In this document: positions 24,155-32,002 of the stretch, piece by piece
Layout of the letters: the number at the start of each line of letters is the position of its first letter
Numbering within the stretch: position 1 is the first letter of the stretch
Virus record (IMG/VR): IMGVR_UViG_3300018411_000048
Direction: 5' to 3' (one strand)
Length of the DNA stretch: 37,720 bases
DNA from: a virus
Program-made: the position numbers and the translations under genes
The notes under the pieces: model-generated
Databases searched by the model: none
Seen by the model: the letters and a program-made list of their open reading frames with translations, nothing else
Told to the model about the DNA's origin: nothing

Positions 24155-24702
24155 GCTAGCTCACCCTCAGTCCATATTTCATTAAGCTGTATTACGTTTG
24201 CAGCTGCTGAACCATTTACAAATTGTAGGATATAAGTTGTATTAGGTTTTAATTGCCAATATGTGTCCCCACCTGCTCCAGCTGTTCCACTTCTTGATTG
24301 CCCTAAATTTTCAGCACCAGGTAGCCATGCTTGTGCCACTTGAGTTCCTGCTACTGTTACAGTAGCTCCTCCAGACATTACTATTTCGCTAATAGGTGCA
24401 TCTGCTCTATTCTGGCAATATGGAGTTATAGCTGTTCCTCCTGTAGCTGTAGCACCTTCAAAAAATTTAAAATCTACTTTGTCGGCTGATGCTGCAATAA
24501 CGCTAGGATAAGCTCTTATAGCTTTATCGCCTGTTTTAAATGATATGTTATAAGTTTGTCCTGCGGCTACTGTAAATTTGTGAAAGGCTTGAAATAATTG
24601 CCCATATTCTACGCATTTATTTCTATGACTCGTTGATATTATTGCGTCTATATTGTCTTGTACTGCCAAATCTGGAAAACCATGTCTTACATAACTAGAC
24701 AT
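24151..24702 (-). CDS. Structural-module protein of unknown role; Gly/Ala/Thr-rich
   Basis: 183-aa ORF downstream of the capsid gene. Confidence 0.5.
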   Translation of the reverse strand: MSSYVRHGFPDLAVQDNIDAIISTSHRNKCVEYGQLFQAFHKFTVAAGQTYNISFKTGDKAIRAYPSVIAASADKVDFKFFEGATATGGTAITPYCQNRADAPISEIVMSGGATVTVAGTQVAQAWLPGAENLGQSRSGTAGAGGDTYWQLKPNTTYILQFVNGSAAANVIQLNEIWTEGELA

Positions 24703-24710
24703 ATTCTCAC

Positions 24711-24905
24711 CTACCTCAACAATTCAATAAGAGTAGACTTGTTATCTCTATCACTATATTCTATGTCTTTTTTATCAAGTATCTCTTTTAGCTCTGCTCT
24801 TGTAAGCTCTTCGTAATCAATAGTTTCAACTGTTTCCATTTCGGAAACTGTTTCTTTTTTAAGAGCTTGCTCTCTTCTGTATCTGTTAAAAGCTGATAAA
24901 CCCAC
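24711..24905 (-). CDS. Small protein with a SAP/Rho-N-like HeH motif
   Basis: 64 aa. LTRAELKEILDKKDIEYSDRDNKSTLIELL. GTG start follows RBS AAAGGAGG. Confidence 0.5.
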   Translation of the reverse strand: MGLSAFNRYRREQALKKETVSEMETVETIDYEELTRAELKEILDKKDIEYSDRDNKSTLIELLR

Positions 24906-24924
24906 TTTAAAACCTCCTTTATAG

Positions 24925-24949
24925 AAAAAAGGAAGGGATAATTCCCTCC
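24925..24949 (-). terminator. Rho-independent terminator after the major capsid gene
   Basis: GGAGGGA-AUUA-UCCCUUC followed by UUUUUU. The outer stem pair is a G.U wobble. Confidence 0.6.
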
Positions 24950-24962
24950 CTCTTAGGCTATA

Positions 24963-25913
24963 TTATATCTTATGTTTGAATTGAACAATCCTGATATTCT
25001 TGTTAGAATACACGCGTGTCCAGTTTGTAGCATTTTCACACTCTGCATTAGTAGGGAAATCTCCAACTACCGCAGCTTCATTCCATTTTACTCCTCTAGG
25101 GTGTAGTATAAAGTGTCTTCTGTTAATTAGATATTCTTCTCCTGCTAAGCTGTCTCTATCAGTTTCTGTCGGAACTGGCGGAGAACCTTCTCCGTATCCG
25201 ATAGCTCCTTCTCCAAACAGATAAGTTGTGTATACCCCTGTATCCACAGGAACTCCGTCATCTACAATAACTCTTTTACCAAGGTAAGTAGGTATATTAT
25301 AAACTCCCTCAGAATTTGGAATAAACTCTATAAGATTCTGTTTTCTCATTGTAGCATAAACTAAAGAATGTACCATTACTGCTGTCAATTTAGATTCTGC
25401 ATCTCCTAACTTATGAGCTGCATCTATAAAAGTCGAACCTGTAAATGTATCTGCTCCAACTACTGCTGATATATCATGTACGTTCCCAGACATTGAAGAA
25501 GAAGCAAACACACCTTTAAGAGTTGAAATTAAAAGAGCTTGCCATCTTCTAGCCCAATAATCAGCTACAAGATTACCTATCTGTGCCATAGGGTCATCGC
25601 CACTTAATGCTTTTGCAAGGTCATTAACACCCCAAGCCTTACCTCTTGCGTGTAGTCTTGCAATATCCTTTGAAGCTGCAATATTTTGCGGTGTTAGTGC
25701 TCCTGCATCAGATAAAACCTCATCTGCTCCAGTCAAATCAGTCCAGAACGGCATCTGTAAAAGAGTTCCACCTGTTCTAGCTAGTGTGTCTAATGCTGCG
25801 TCTGGTCTTATGATTCCAGATTGAAATAATGCTGATAGTTCTGCTGTTTTTTCTACCACGTATGGATTGAAAACATCAGGCACAATTACGTTTTGGATTT
25901 TAGTTGCTGCCAT
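24963..25913 (-). CDS. Major capsid protein
   Basis: 316 aa. It lies directly after the scaffold gene, carries a strong RBS, and has a terminator downstream. Confidence 0.75.
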   Translation of the reverse strand: MAATKIQNVIVPDVFNPYVVEKTAELSALFQSGIIRPDAALDTLARTGGTLLQMPFWTDLTGADEVLSDAGALTPQNIAASKDIARLHARGKAWGVNDLAKALSGDDPMAQIGNLVADYWARRWQALLISTLKGVFASSSMSGNVHDISAVVGADTFTGSTFIDAAHKLGDAESKLTAVMVHSLVYATMRKQNLIEFIPNSEGVYNIPTYLGKRVIVDDGVPVDTGVYTTYLFGEGAIGYGEGSPPVPTETDRDSLAGEEYLINRRHFILHPRGVKWNEAAVVGDFPTNAECENATNWTRVYSNKNIRIVQFKHKI

Positions 25914-25924
25914 TTATATTCCTC

Positions 25925-26536
25925 CTATTTACGAGCCGCTGCTCTTAATTGCTGTGCAAGGGCTGGATTATCTTGCATAATCTTGCCTTGTTCAGTTAAA
26001 TTAAATGTTTCTTTACTCCACGGATTATAAGTTCCCACAGAGTCTCCTTTTTGGGGCGTCTTACCTTTCAATCTACTGTCAATCTCTCTTTGTATAGCTT
26101 CCTGCCACTCAGTTTGAAAAGAGTCAATATTCTTTAAAGTAGTTTCTGCATCTTGTGCCACTACATATTTCGTAAATTTCACGGGTAGTTTTCTTTCATC
26201 TAGTATCTTGCTAGCTTCAAGCTCTAACCTAGCTCTTTCAAACTCTTTTCTCTCAGCTTCAAACTTTTCTTTTTCCATCTGAAATAACTTTTCGGCCTTT
26301 TCTTTTTCAGATAACTTAGCTAATTCCTCAGCTTGTTTCTTCTCGGCTTCAATTTTCTCTGTCATTTCTTCTCTGAGCTTTTCTTCACGCTTCTTAATTG
26401 CTTCCGTTACCCTTCTATCTGTCTCTGATTGTAAACGCTTGTTAAATTCTTCTTCGGTAAAAGTCTTAACTTCTTCTGTCGTTTTTTCCTCTTGCTCTGT
26501 ATCTTCTGAGAATAATTGTAAATTCATGTCTAGCAT
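25925..26536 (-). CDS. Scaffolding protein (DUF4355-like)
   Basis: 203 aa. N-terminal MNLQLFSE followed by a long charged coiled coil. Confidence 0.7.
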   Translation of the reverse strand: MLDMNLQLFSEDTEQEEKTTEEVKTFTEEEFNKRLQSETDRRVTEAIKKREEKLREEMTEKIEAEKKQAEELAKLSEKEKAEKLFQMEKEKFEAERKEFERARLELEASKILDERKLPVKFTKYVVAQDAETTLKNIDSFQTEWQEAIQREIDSRLKGKTPQKGDSVGTYNPWSKETFNLTEQGKIMQDNPALAQQLRAAARK

Positions 26537-26593
26537 AATTGACCTCCTACCCTTGTAGTTACAACGTCCCTACAAGTGTGATATTTTGTATAC

Positions 26594-26623
26594 ATTATAC
26601 CACAAAATTCAAACATTTAACAA
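26594..26623 (-). promoter_or_regulatory. Promoter for the scaffold/capsid unit: TTGTTA-18 nt-TGgTATAAT (extended -10)
   Basis: Hexamers at 26618..26623 and 26594..26599, with the TG at 26601..26602. The leader contains a CUUGUAG/CUACAAG hairpin at 26552..26576. That hairpin carries TTGTAACTA. Confidence 0.55.
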
Positions 26624-26659
26624 TGTTTTTTAATTATAGTTCGTTTTTGTTTTAAGCAT

Positions 26660-26682
26660 AAAAAAAGAGGGTGCCATCCCTC
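26660..26682 (-). terminator. Rho-independent terminator closing the accessory island
   Basis: GAGGG-AUGGCA-CCCUC followed by UUUUUUU. Confidence 0.65.
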
Positions 26683-26717
26683 CCTTTTCTCAATTATAAC
26701 TTATGCAATACTTAAAG

Positions 26718-26739
26718 TAATTACAAAATAGTTACAAAT
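26718..26739 (-). promoter_or_regulatory. Degenerate tandem (A/T)TTTGTAA(C/T)TA x2 element
   Basis: taattacaaaatagttacaaat. It is the counterpart of 4488..4509 but is followed only by a terminator, not by a gene. Confidence 0.45.
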
Positions 26740-26868
26740 ATACAAAGTTATCCACAAGTGTACGGATTTCTGACAGTGGCTAAATTGTTTGTAAAACAAG
26801 AATATTGTAATCGTTCTGTAGTATAAGAGCAGTTTTTGTAACACAATTGTAACATAAGGGCAAAAAGT

Positions 26869-27188
26869 GTCATACCTCAAGGGTGCGTCATACCACGTGG
26901 TATGACAACTGAGTGCATTGAAACTACTAGGGTTTAAGGCACTTTTTTGTAGTGTCATACCAAAATGTGCAAAGGGGGTGCATAAATTTATATTTATTTT
27001 TTCTTTTTTGAGCGAAATTCATTTTACTCTGACCACCCTCTACATCGGTATGACAGGTATGACGGTATGACAGTATATATATAATATTATTTATATTTAG
27101 TTATATCAATACTTCTAGGGTTTTCTCTACTAGAAAAAAGTGTCATACCAAAATTTTGCTGAGGTATGACAGGTATGACAGTATGATA
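26869..27188. repeat. Iteron array B (GGTATGAC/GTCATACC cores); orphan paralog of array A
   Basis: Cores at 26869, 26887, 26899, 26954, 27047/27056/27064, 27142 and 27163/27172, plus a degenerate GTATGATA at 27181. Spacing and orientation match array A to within 1 nt. Confidence 0.75.
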
Positions 27189-27207
27189 ACAATTATCAAT
27201 AAAAGCA

Positions 27208-27233
27208 TAAAGAAAAGAGAGCCTAAGCTCTCT
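27208..27233 (-). terminator. Rho-independent terminator after 27232..27621
   Basis: AGAGAGC-UUAG-GCUCUCU followed by UUUCUUUAU. The stem overlaps the TAG stop codon. Confidence 0.6.
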
Positions 27234-27621
27234 ATTCTTCTTCTGCTACTTCTAGCTCTACTACAAAGTATCCCATTTCTTCATAGTCCGTGTCCTGTGG
27301 CTCCCAAGTAACTACTAGTTTAGTTTCAGCTGCTACTAAAACTTCCTTTTCTCCTTCGCATCCTGTTGCCCCAAGTATTTCAAGTTCTTCTTCGTTGCTG
27401 TAGTCTACATGGTGTACTGGCACGTTGTAAGCTTTTAACAGGTAAACGTATTGTCCTTTTGTTTCTGGTGTAAACTCTCCGCCTATGCTCCAGCTTTCTG
27501 CTTTGCCTAAGTTGTCATATATGCTATCTTCTGTAAAATCTAGCTCGTAATTGCTAGTTATAACTCTAGTTATTTCTTTCTCTGTACCTGTTATGTTTCT
27601 TGCTATATCATTCTTAGTCAT
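27232..27621 (-). CDS. Strongly acidic accessory protein of unknown function
   Basis: 129 aa, ending ...VVELEVAEEE. It has its own consensus promoter and its own terminator. Confidence 0.6.
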   Translation of the reverse strand: MTKNDIARNITGTEKEITRVITSNYELDFTEDSIYDNLGKAESWSIGGEFTPETKGQYVYLLKAYNVPVHHVDYSNEEELEILGATGCEGEKEVLVAAETKLVVTWEPQDTDYEEMGYFVVELEVAEEE

Positions 27622-27661
27622 TTTATTTTCCCCCTTAAATTTGTTAACCTTCTATAATTAT

Positions 27662-27690
27662 ATTATACACCTATTTAGTTACAAAGTCAA
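27662..27690 (-). promoter_or_regulatory. Consensus SigA promoter TTGACT-17 nt-TATAAT (P27)
   Basis: Hexamers at 27685..27690 and 27662..27667. The spacer contains TTGTAACTA (27676..27684). The 22-mer at 27650..27671 is identical to 28272..28293. Confidence 0.7.
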
Positions 27691-27697
27691 TAGCTTT

Positions 27698-27886
27698 TTA
27701 TAAGTTTTTTAATCTTTTTTCTAAATACTTTATACTTATTAGCCAAGTATTGCCCGATTTCCTTAAATACTCAACAGGTATTTGTTTTCTTACTACATAA
27801 ACTTTTAAAGTATTGTAATTTATTCCTAAAATGTCTGCTGCTTCTCTTAGCGTAATAGCAATGCCAAACTTTTTAATTTCTTCCAT
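27698..27886 (-). CDS. Excisionase/MerR-type HTH DNA-binding protein
   Basis: 62 aa. ITLREAADILGINYNTLKVYVVRKQIP is a typical HTH_17-like segment. Confidence 0.6.
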   Translation of the reverse strand: MEEIKKFGIAITLREAADILGINYNTLKVYVVRKQIPVEYLRKSGNTWLISIKYLEKRLKNL

Positions 27887-27898
27887 TAAAAATCCCTC

Positions 27899-28243
27899 CT
27901 AAAACATATCAATGTAAGTATCTTTAACAGCTATACCGTCTATTGTCATAGTGTAGTATAGTCTTGTTTTACCATAATTGCTCCAAAATTTAAAGTTAGT
28001 TCTTTCAACTAGCCCAGGGCCTTGAAGTTTGTTGTTTGTTGATAAATTGTTCCCGTTATATCTCTGTCTTACTTCTTTCTCGTTAGTTATCATTCTCTGT
28101 GCTTTTTCTGCATTTAGTTCAGAAGACATTTCAACTAGAAATTGAATATTAAGTCCAAGCTGCATTTGATAGTTGATTTCTGGATATTGCTTCTTCATTT
28201 CCTTAGTCATTTTGTGAGCTTCTTTCATTATATTCTTAGTCAT
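27899..28243 (-). CDS. Hypothetical accessory protein
   Basis: 114 aa. RBS AAAGGGAGGC. First gene after promoter P28. Confidence 0.55.
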   Translation of the reverse strand: MTKNIMKEAHKMTKEMKKQYPEINYQMQLGLNIQFLVEMSSELNAEKAQRMITNEKEVRQRYNGNNLSTNNKLQGPGLVERTNFKFWSNYGKTRLYYTMTIDGIAVKDTYIDMF

Positions 28244-28283
28244 TGTTGTTGCCTCCCTTTGTTTTTTATCTTTCTATAATTAT

Positions 28284-28312
28284 ATTATACACCCTTTTAG
28301 ATACAATGTCAA
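28284..28312 (-). promoter_or_regulatory. Consensus SigA promoter TTGACA-17 nt-TATAAT (P28)
   Basis: Hexamers at 28307..28312 and 28284..28289. It is a duplicate of P27. Confidence 0.7.
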
Positions 28313-28349
28313 CACCTTTTTAGATATTTTTTTATATTTTTTTTACAAT

Positions 28350-28379
28350 AAAAAAGCAAGTACATTTGAAAGTACCTGC
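28350..28379 (-). terminator. Rho-independent terminator after the minor head gene
   Basis: GCAGGUAC-UUUCAAAU-GUACUUGC followed by UUUUUUAUU. Confidence 0.65.
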
Positions 28380-29284
28380 TATCTTATATCGTATGACAAT
28401 ACACATCTACAGTTAATATCCTCTGATGCTATACCGCTTAATTTAGGAGCAAATGTGGTATTTCCGCTAGGGAAAGTAAATAAATCATCGTACGGAATTA
28501 CTATATTGCTTAAAGCGTTGTGGCTGGAGCGTACTCTTTCATCTCTTGATGTTAGCCATTTTTTAGTAACATCAGCTTCTTTTGCTACCTCGTCCATGAT
28601 GTCTTTGTGTGCCTGCTGCATAACCCTTCCCGATTCTGTTCTAACTATTCTGGTAGGATTAATAACATCACCTTCTAAGCTATCTTTTAACCTCTTAGCC
28701 ATAGTTTTGTAAGTATCCCCTTGATAGAGTCCTTCTCTAACTGTACGCTCTACATTGTAAATTACATCTGCTCTGTGCTTATTCATCCTAGTAGCCCAGT
28801 TAAGACCTGCCATCTCTTCGTTAATAACTTTTGCAACGTCTAATTTCTTGACTATGCCATCAAAGTTGAGCCTAACACTCGGCAATGTATCTGTAGCACG
28901 TTTAACTGCGTTTATAGCACCGTTTGTATTGTAGCTGTATATTTCCCTTAAAGAACTGTTGATTTGCCTTCTATTCGCTAAATATAAGGTTGTAAGTGTA
29001 GCAGCTATTGTTTTCTCTAGCCTGCTTATTCTGTCATACTTGTTCATCTGTTCTAGAGTTAACTTTCCTTCTTCGTCTGAATACTTCTCGTATAGCATAG
29101 ATATTTCTTTTCTAAGCTCATTTAGAGCATCTCTGTAGCCTAACTGTATTCTTCTTTCATACTTCTTTATAAGCCTATTAGTCTGCTCTTCTAAGTTTAA
29201 AAAGTCTTTGTCAATCGTCCTCACCACCTTCAACAAAGAAACCACAAGCCTCTTCGTTCTCGCATTCCGAATTATGCAAAGCAC
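28379..29284 (-). CDS. Head morphogenesis / minor head protein (SPP1 gp7, Mu F-like)
   Basis: About 300 aa. It follows the portal gene and ends ...NCRCVLSYDIR, which is typical of the family as I recall it. The start codon is uncertain: GTG at 29284 has no RBS, and GTG/TTG alternatives lie near 29215. Confidence 0.65.
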   Translation of the reverse strand: MLCIIRNARTKRLVVSLLKVVRTIDKDFLNLEEQTNRLIKKYERRIQLGYRDALNELRKEISMLYEKYSDEEGKLTLEQMNKYDRISRLEKTIAATLTTLYLANRRQINSSLREIYSYNTNGAINAVKRATDTLPSVRLNFDGIVKKLDVAKVINEEMAGLNWATRMNKHRADVIYNVERTVREGLYQGDTYKTMAKRLKDSLEGDVINPTRIVRTESGRVMQQAHKDIMDEVAKEADVTKKWLTSRDERVRSSHNALSNIVIPYDDLFTFPSGNTTFAPKLSGIASEDINCRCVLSYDIR

Positions 29285-29351
29285 AAATTAAAAAATGTTC
29301 GTCTTCTTCACTGATTTCAATACAATGATAACATTCTCTACATATCTTCAT
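29211..29351 (-). CDS. Possible Cys-rich acidic small protein, 46 aa, at the portal/minor-head junction
   Basis: Hand translation: MKICRECYHCIEISEEDEHFLICALHNSECENEEACGFFVEGGEDD. Its ATG overlaps the portal 3' end. Confidence 0.35.
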   Translation of the reverse strand: MKICRECYHCIEISEEDEHFLICALHNSECENEEACGFFVEGGEDD

Positions 29352-30639
29352 CGTCCTGCACCGCATCTAAGTCAACATAAGTAGCCTTATCAGCTTCTAG
29401 TCTTGCTAATTCTTCACTTACATCTGAAACCTGTGGAATGTTTTGCAGTACGGTCATTTCAGATACAAGGCCTTTGAGCATAACAGCAACCTCTATAGCT
29501 TCTTTTTCGTTAATCGGCTTGTTTCTAGTAAACGTTATTTGAATATCTCTGTAATCGTAATTCTTAGCACTCTTAGTATTTAAAAAGTTACATATTATTT
29601 CAAATCTTCTTTGTAGTCCTAATTTAAAATTAGCTTCCTTTTCTGCTCCTAGTTGCTCCATACCTAAAAGTTTATAAGCAAGAGCAACGCCAGAGCTATT
29701 GCCGCTAAACTCCTTATCCGTTAAATCAGCGACCATGGAAAACTTGTGTATATCTTGCTTAAGCCTATCTTTAACGTTTTCAGCTTCTGCATCGTTACTA
29801 GGCTTGATTAAAAACCCGGCTTGACCGTTTTCATCTAATAATAATATCTTCTTATCTCGCATATCTAATATATCTTCTGTGTTAGTGCCACTCATACCTA
29901 TGAGATACATATAAGCATCTGAAAAATAATCTAAATCATTAACCTTGTTAGAGCAGGCTCTATCATAAGCATCTATAAGAGTTATAACCTTCTCGAAGTC
30001 TCCTAGCTCTGAATCGTTATTTCTGTACTCGATTACAGGGACAATTTTGAAATAGTGCGATACCCTGTCAATCTCTTTAAATCCGTTAGAATATTCGTAT
30101 GTTATAACTTCATCTGTTGTGTACACCTCAGCATATTGTATATCATTTCCGGATATTAAATCCTCTACAGTGTAGAAACGTATGAAAAACTTAGGCTCAG
30201 GGTTGATAGCTGTATCATATACCATTACGCCCTCATCTGCTTCAATCTTTGCAAGTCTTAGATTACTGCTTTCATCTGCATATACAAGCTCGTAACACTT
30301 ACCTTTTATTCCCATACCTGTTGCTAATCTCCTGTTGTGCTGATGTTCGTCTGAATAATTAAGTATGTCCTGTATATCCTCCATCAAATCTTCGTCTAAA
30401 GAAGAATATGCAATAGGCTTTCCAAACGTGTATCCCTTAGCCATATCAACAATGTAGCCGGGATAATTAGCCACAAGCTTATTGTTCGGCTTTCCATCTT
30501 CCATAGTTCTTTGCAGTATGTCGGATTCACCTTCGTAATATCTTTGCAACTTCCTGTATCTAGGTATATTTAGTGCTTTCTGATTATCTAATAGCTTCTG
30601 TATTACTTCTTTTGTTGCTTCTAAGTTAGTTTGTATCAT
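29338..30639 (-). CDS. Portal protein (SPP1 gp6-like)
   Basis: 433 aa. Immediately downstream of TerL. Confidence 0.75.
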   Translation of the reverse strand: MIQTNLEATKEVIQKLLDNQKALNIPRYRKLQRYYEGESDILQRTMEDGKPNNKLVANYPGYIVDMAKGYTFGKPIAYSSLDEDLMEDIQDILNYSDEHQHNRRLATGMGIKGKCYELVYADESSNLRLAKIEADEGVMVYDTAINPEPKFFIRFYTVEDLISGNDIQYAEVYTTDEVITYEYSNGFKEIDRVSHYFKIVPVIEYRNNDSELGDFEKVITLIDAYDRACSNKVNDLDYFSDAYMYLIGMSGTNTEDILDMRDKKILLLDENGQAGFLIKPSNDAEAENVKDRLKQDIHKFSMVADLTDKEFSGNSSGVALAYKLLGMEQLGAEKEANFKLGLQRRFEIICNFLNTKSAKNYDYRDIQITFTRNKPINEKEAIEVAVMLKGLVSEMTVLQNIPQVSDVSEELARLEADKATYVDLDAVQDDEDM

Positions 30640-30652
30640 TCCTTAACCTCCT

Positions 30653-31993
30653 TTATAGTCCCAATATTGATTTATCAAGCGTTTTAAGCCTTCCAACTGT
30701 GCCATGTTTAAAAAACATAGCAACGTTATCTATACAGTCATCATGTTTGTTGTACTTCTTATCTTTGTTGTAACTATACATTTCTGCTATAAATTGATTA
30801 TATTCTTCTCCTGCATCATCTCGAATGTAGAAATGTTCTATCATTCTTCCCGATTGTCCTAATATCTTTTCATGCTTGTTTTCAGAGCTGTGAAACTTCT
30901 GAACTATAATATTCCTAGTTGTTTTTCTTCTTATTTCACTTTCGTAATAAAGGCCCTCATGATTCTTTTCTATTTTAACCATCTGCGGCTGATACTTGTT
31001 AAGCATTGTAATCATTCTTGGAATAACCTTTTTTGCGTCCCCATCATCTTTGATAGCATCTATAAGATAGTGATGTTCTTCGTCGTACGTTGCATATATC
31101 CCCAATGTAGCTGAATCACTCCCACTACTTGCAGTATCTACTATAGCCGTTATTCTACTAGCTTGATTAAGGTCTAGCTTTTTCAGACTGAAATAATTCT
31201 TTCTAGTAAGCAATGCTCCTTTAGGTTGAATGAACTTAGCTTCTCCAAGTTGAGCGTATTTGTCAGAATCGGTTTCCCTAAGCTTTTCTATACTTGCTCT
31301 TTGTTCTAAAGTAAGAAATGGATTATCATGATGTGTAGATAATACAACCAATACGGTAACAGTGTTAGTAATAGTTTCTCCTTTATGCTCAAAAGAAGTA
31401 GATATTTCCTTTTCAAATACCTTAGGTCTTTTAGTTCCTGCGAAATATTCAAATACTTTAGTTGGCTCTTTCATTATAAACTCATGATTAACAAAGCAAT
31501 CTGGCATAACAGGGTTCATTAGTATAGTTAATTTTCTATCTTTAGGATTACCGCCTCTTAGCTGATGTTGTAACGCTACGAAATCAGAATAAGTAAGCCA
31601 TTCACCTTCCTCAACTATTATTTCAGTGATACCATTAAGCCTTTTAACGTTGAGTTTCTGCTGCTCTGATGTGTAGCCTCTGAATAGCACCTCATTACCG
31701 TTGTATTCATTCTTAATGTATGCGGTCCTGCTTCTTTGATTGTATAAGTTCTCCTGTTCGAAGTCGCTTATCCTATCTCTTAATCCACTATAGAAGCCAT
31801 CTGCCATACCCGTTTCAAGATTTTCTATTACAAGCAACTTATAATCTTCCTTAGCTACTAGATTACTTGCCAACCTTATTTGTTCGTTGTAAGACTTACC
31901 CGAAAATCTACCACCTACCTGTATTATAATCGGATAATCGTTTTCTATTACATAATCAAAGTATAACGGTGTAACTCTAATTTCCTTTTCCAA
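30653..31993 (-). CDS. terL: Terminase large subunit
   Basis: 446 aa. Walker A-like QVGGRFSGKS, followed by a nuclease-domain-sized C-terminus. Lies between TerS and the portal gene. Confidence 0.8.
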   Translation of the reverse strand: MEKEIRVTPLYFDYVIENDYPIIIQVGGRFSGKSYNEQIRLASNLVAKEDYKLLVIENLETGMADGFYSGLRDRISDFEQENLYNQRSRTAYIKNEYNGNEVLFRGYTSEQQKLNVKRLNGITEIIVEEGEWLTYSDFVALQHQLRGGNPKDRKLTILMNPVMPDCFVNHEFIMKEPTKVFEYFAGTKRPKVFEKEISTSFEHKGETITNTVTVLVVLSTHHDNPFLTLEQRASIEKLRETDSDKYAQLGEAKFIQPKGALLTRKNYFSLKKLDLNQASRITAIVDTASSGSDSATLGIYATYDEEHHYLIDAIKDDGDAKKVIPRMITMLNKYQPQMVKIEKNHEGLYYESEIRRKTTRNIIVQKFHSSENKHEKILGQSGRMIEHFYIRDDAGEEYNQFIAEMYSYNKDKKYNKHDDCIDNVAMFFKHGTVGRLKTLDKSILGL

Positions 31994-32002
31994 CTAGATC
32001 AC

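Noticed and set aside
26748-26756. The perfect DnaA box TTATCCACA considered as stand-alone proof of an origin.
   Set aside because: A single 9-mer match is not improbable by chance in about 75 kb of two-strand sequence. I use it only as weak supporting context for array B.
26701-26958. 85-aa minus-strand ORF inside array B.
   Set aside because: Its ATG is part of an iteron (ATGAC). There is no RBS and the composition is implausible. It runs through repeats and regulatory motifs between two terminators.
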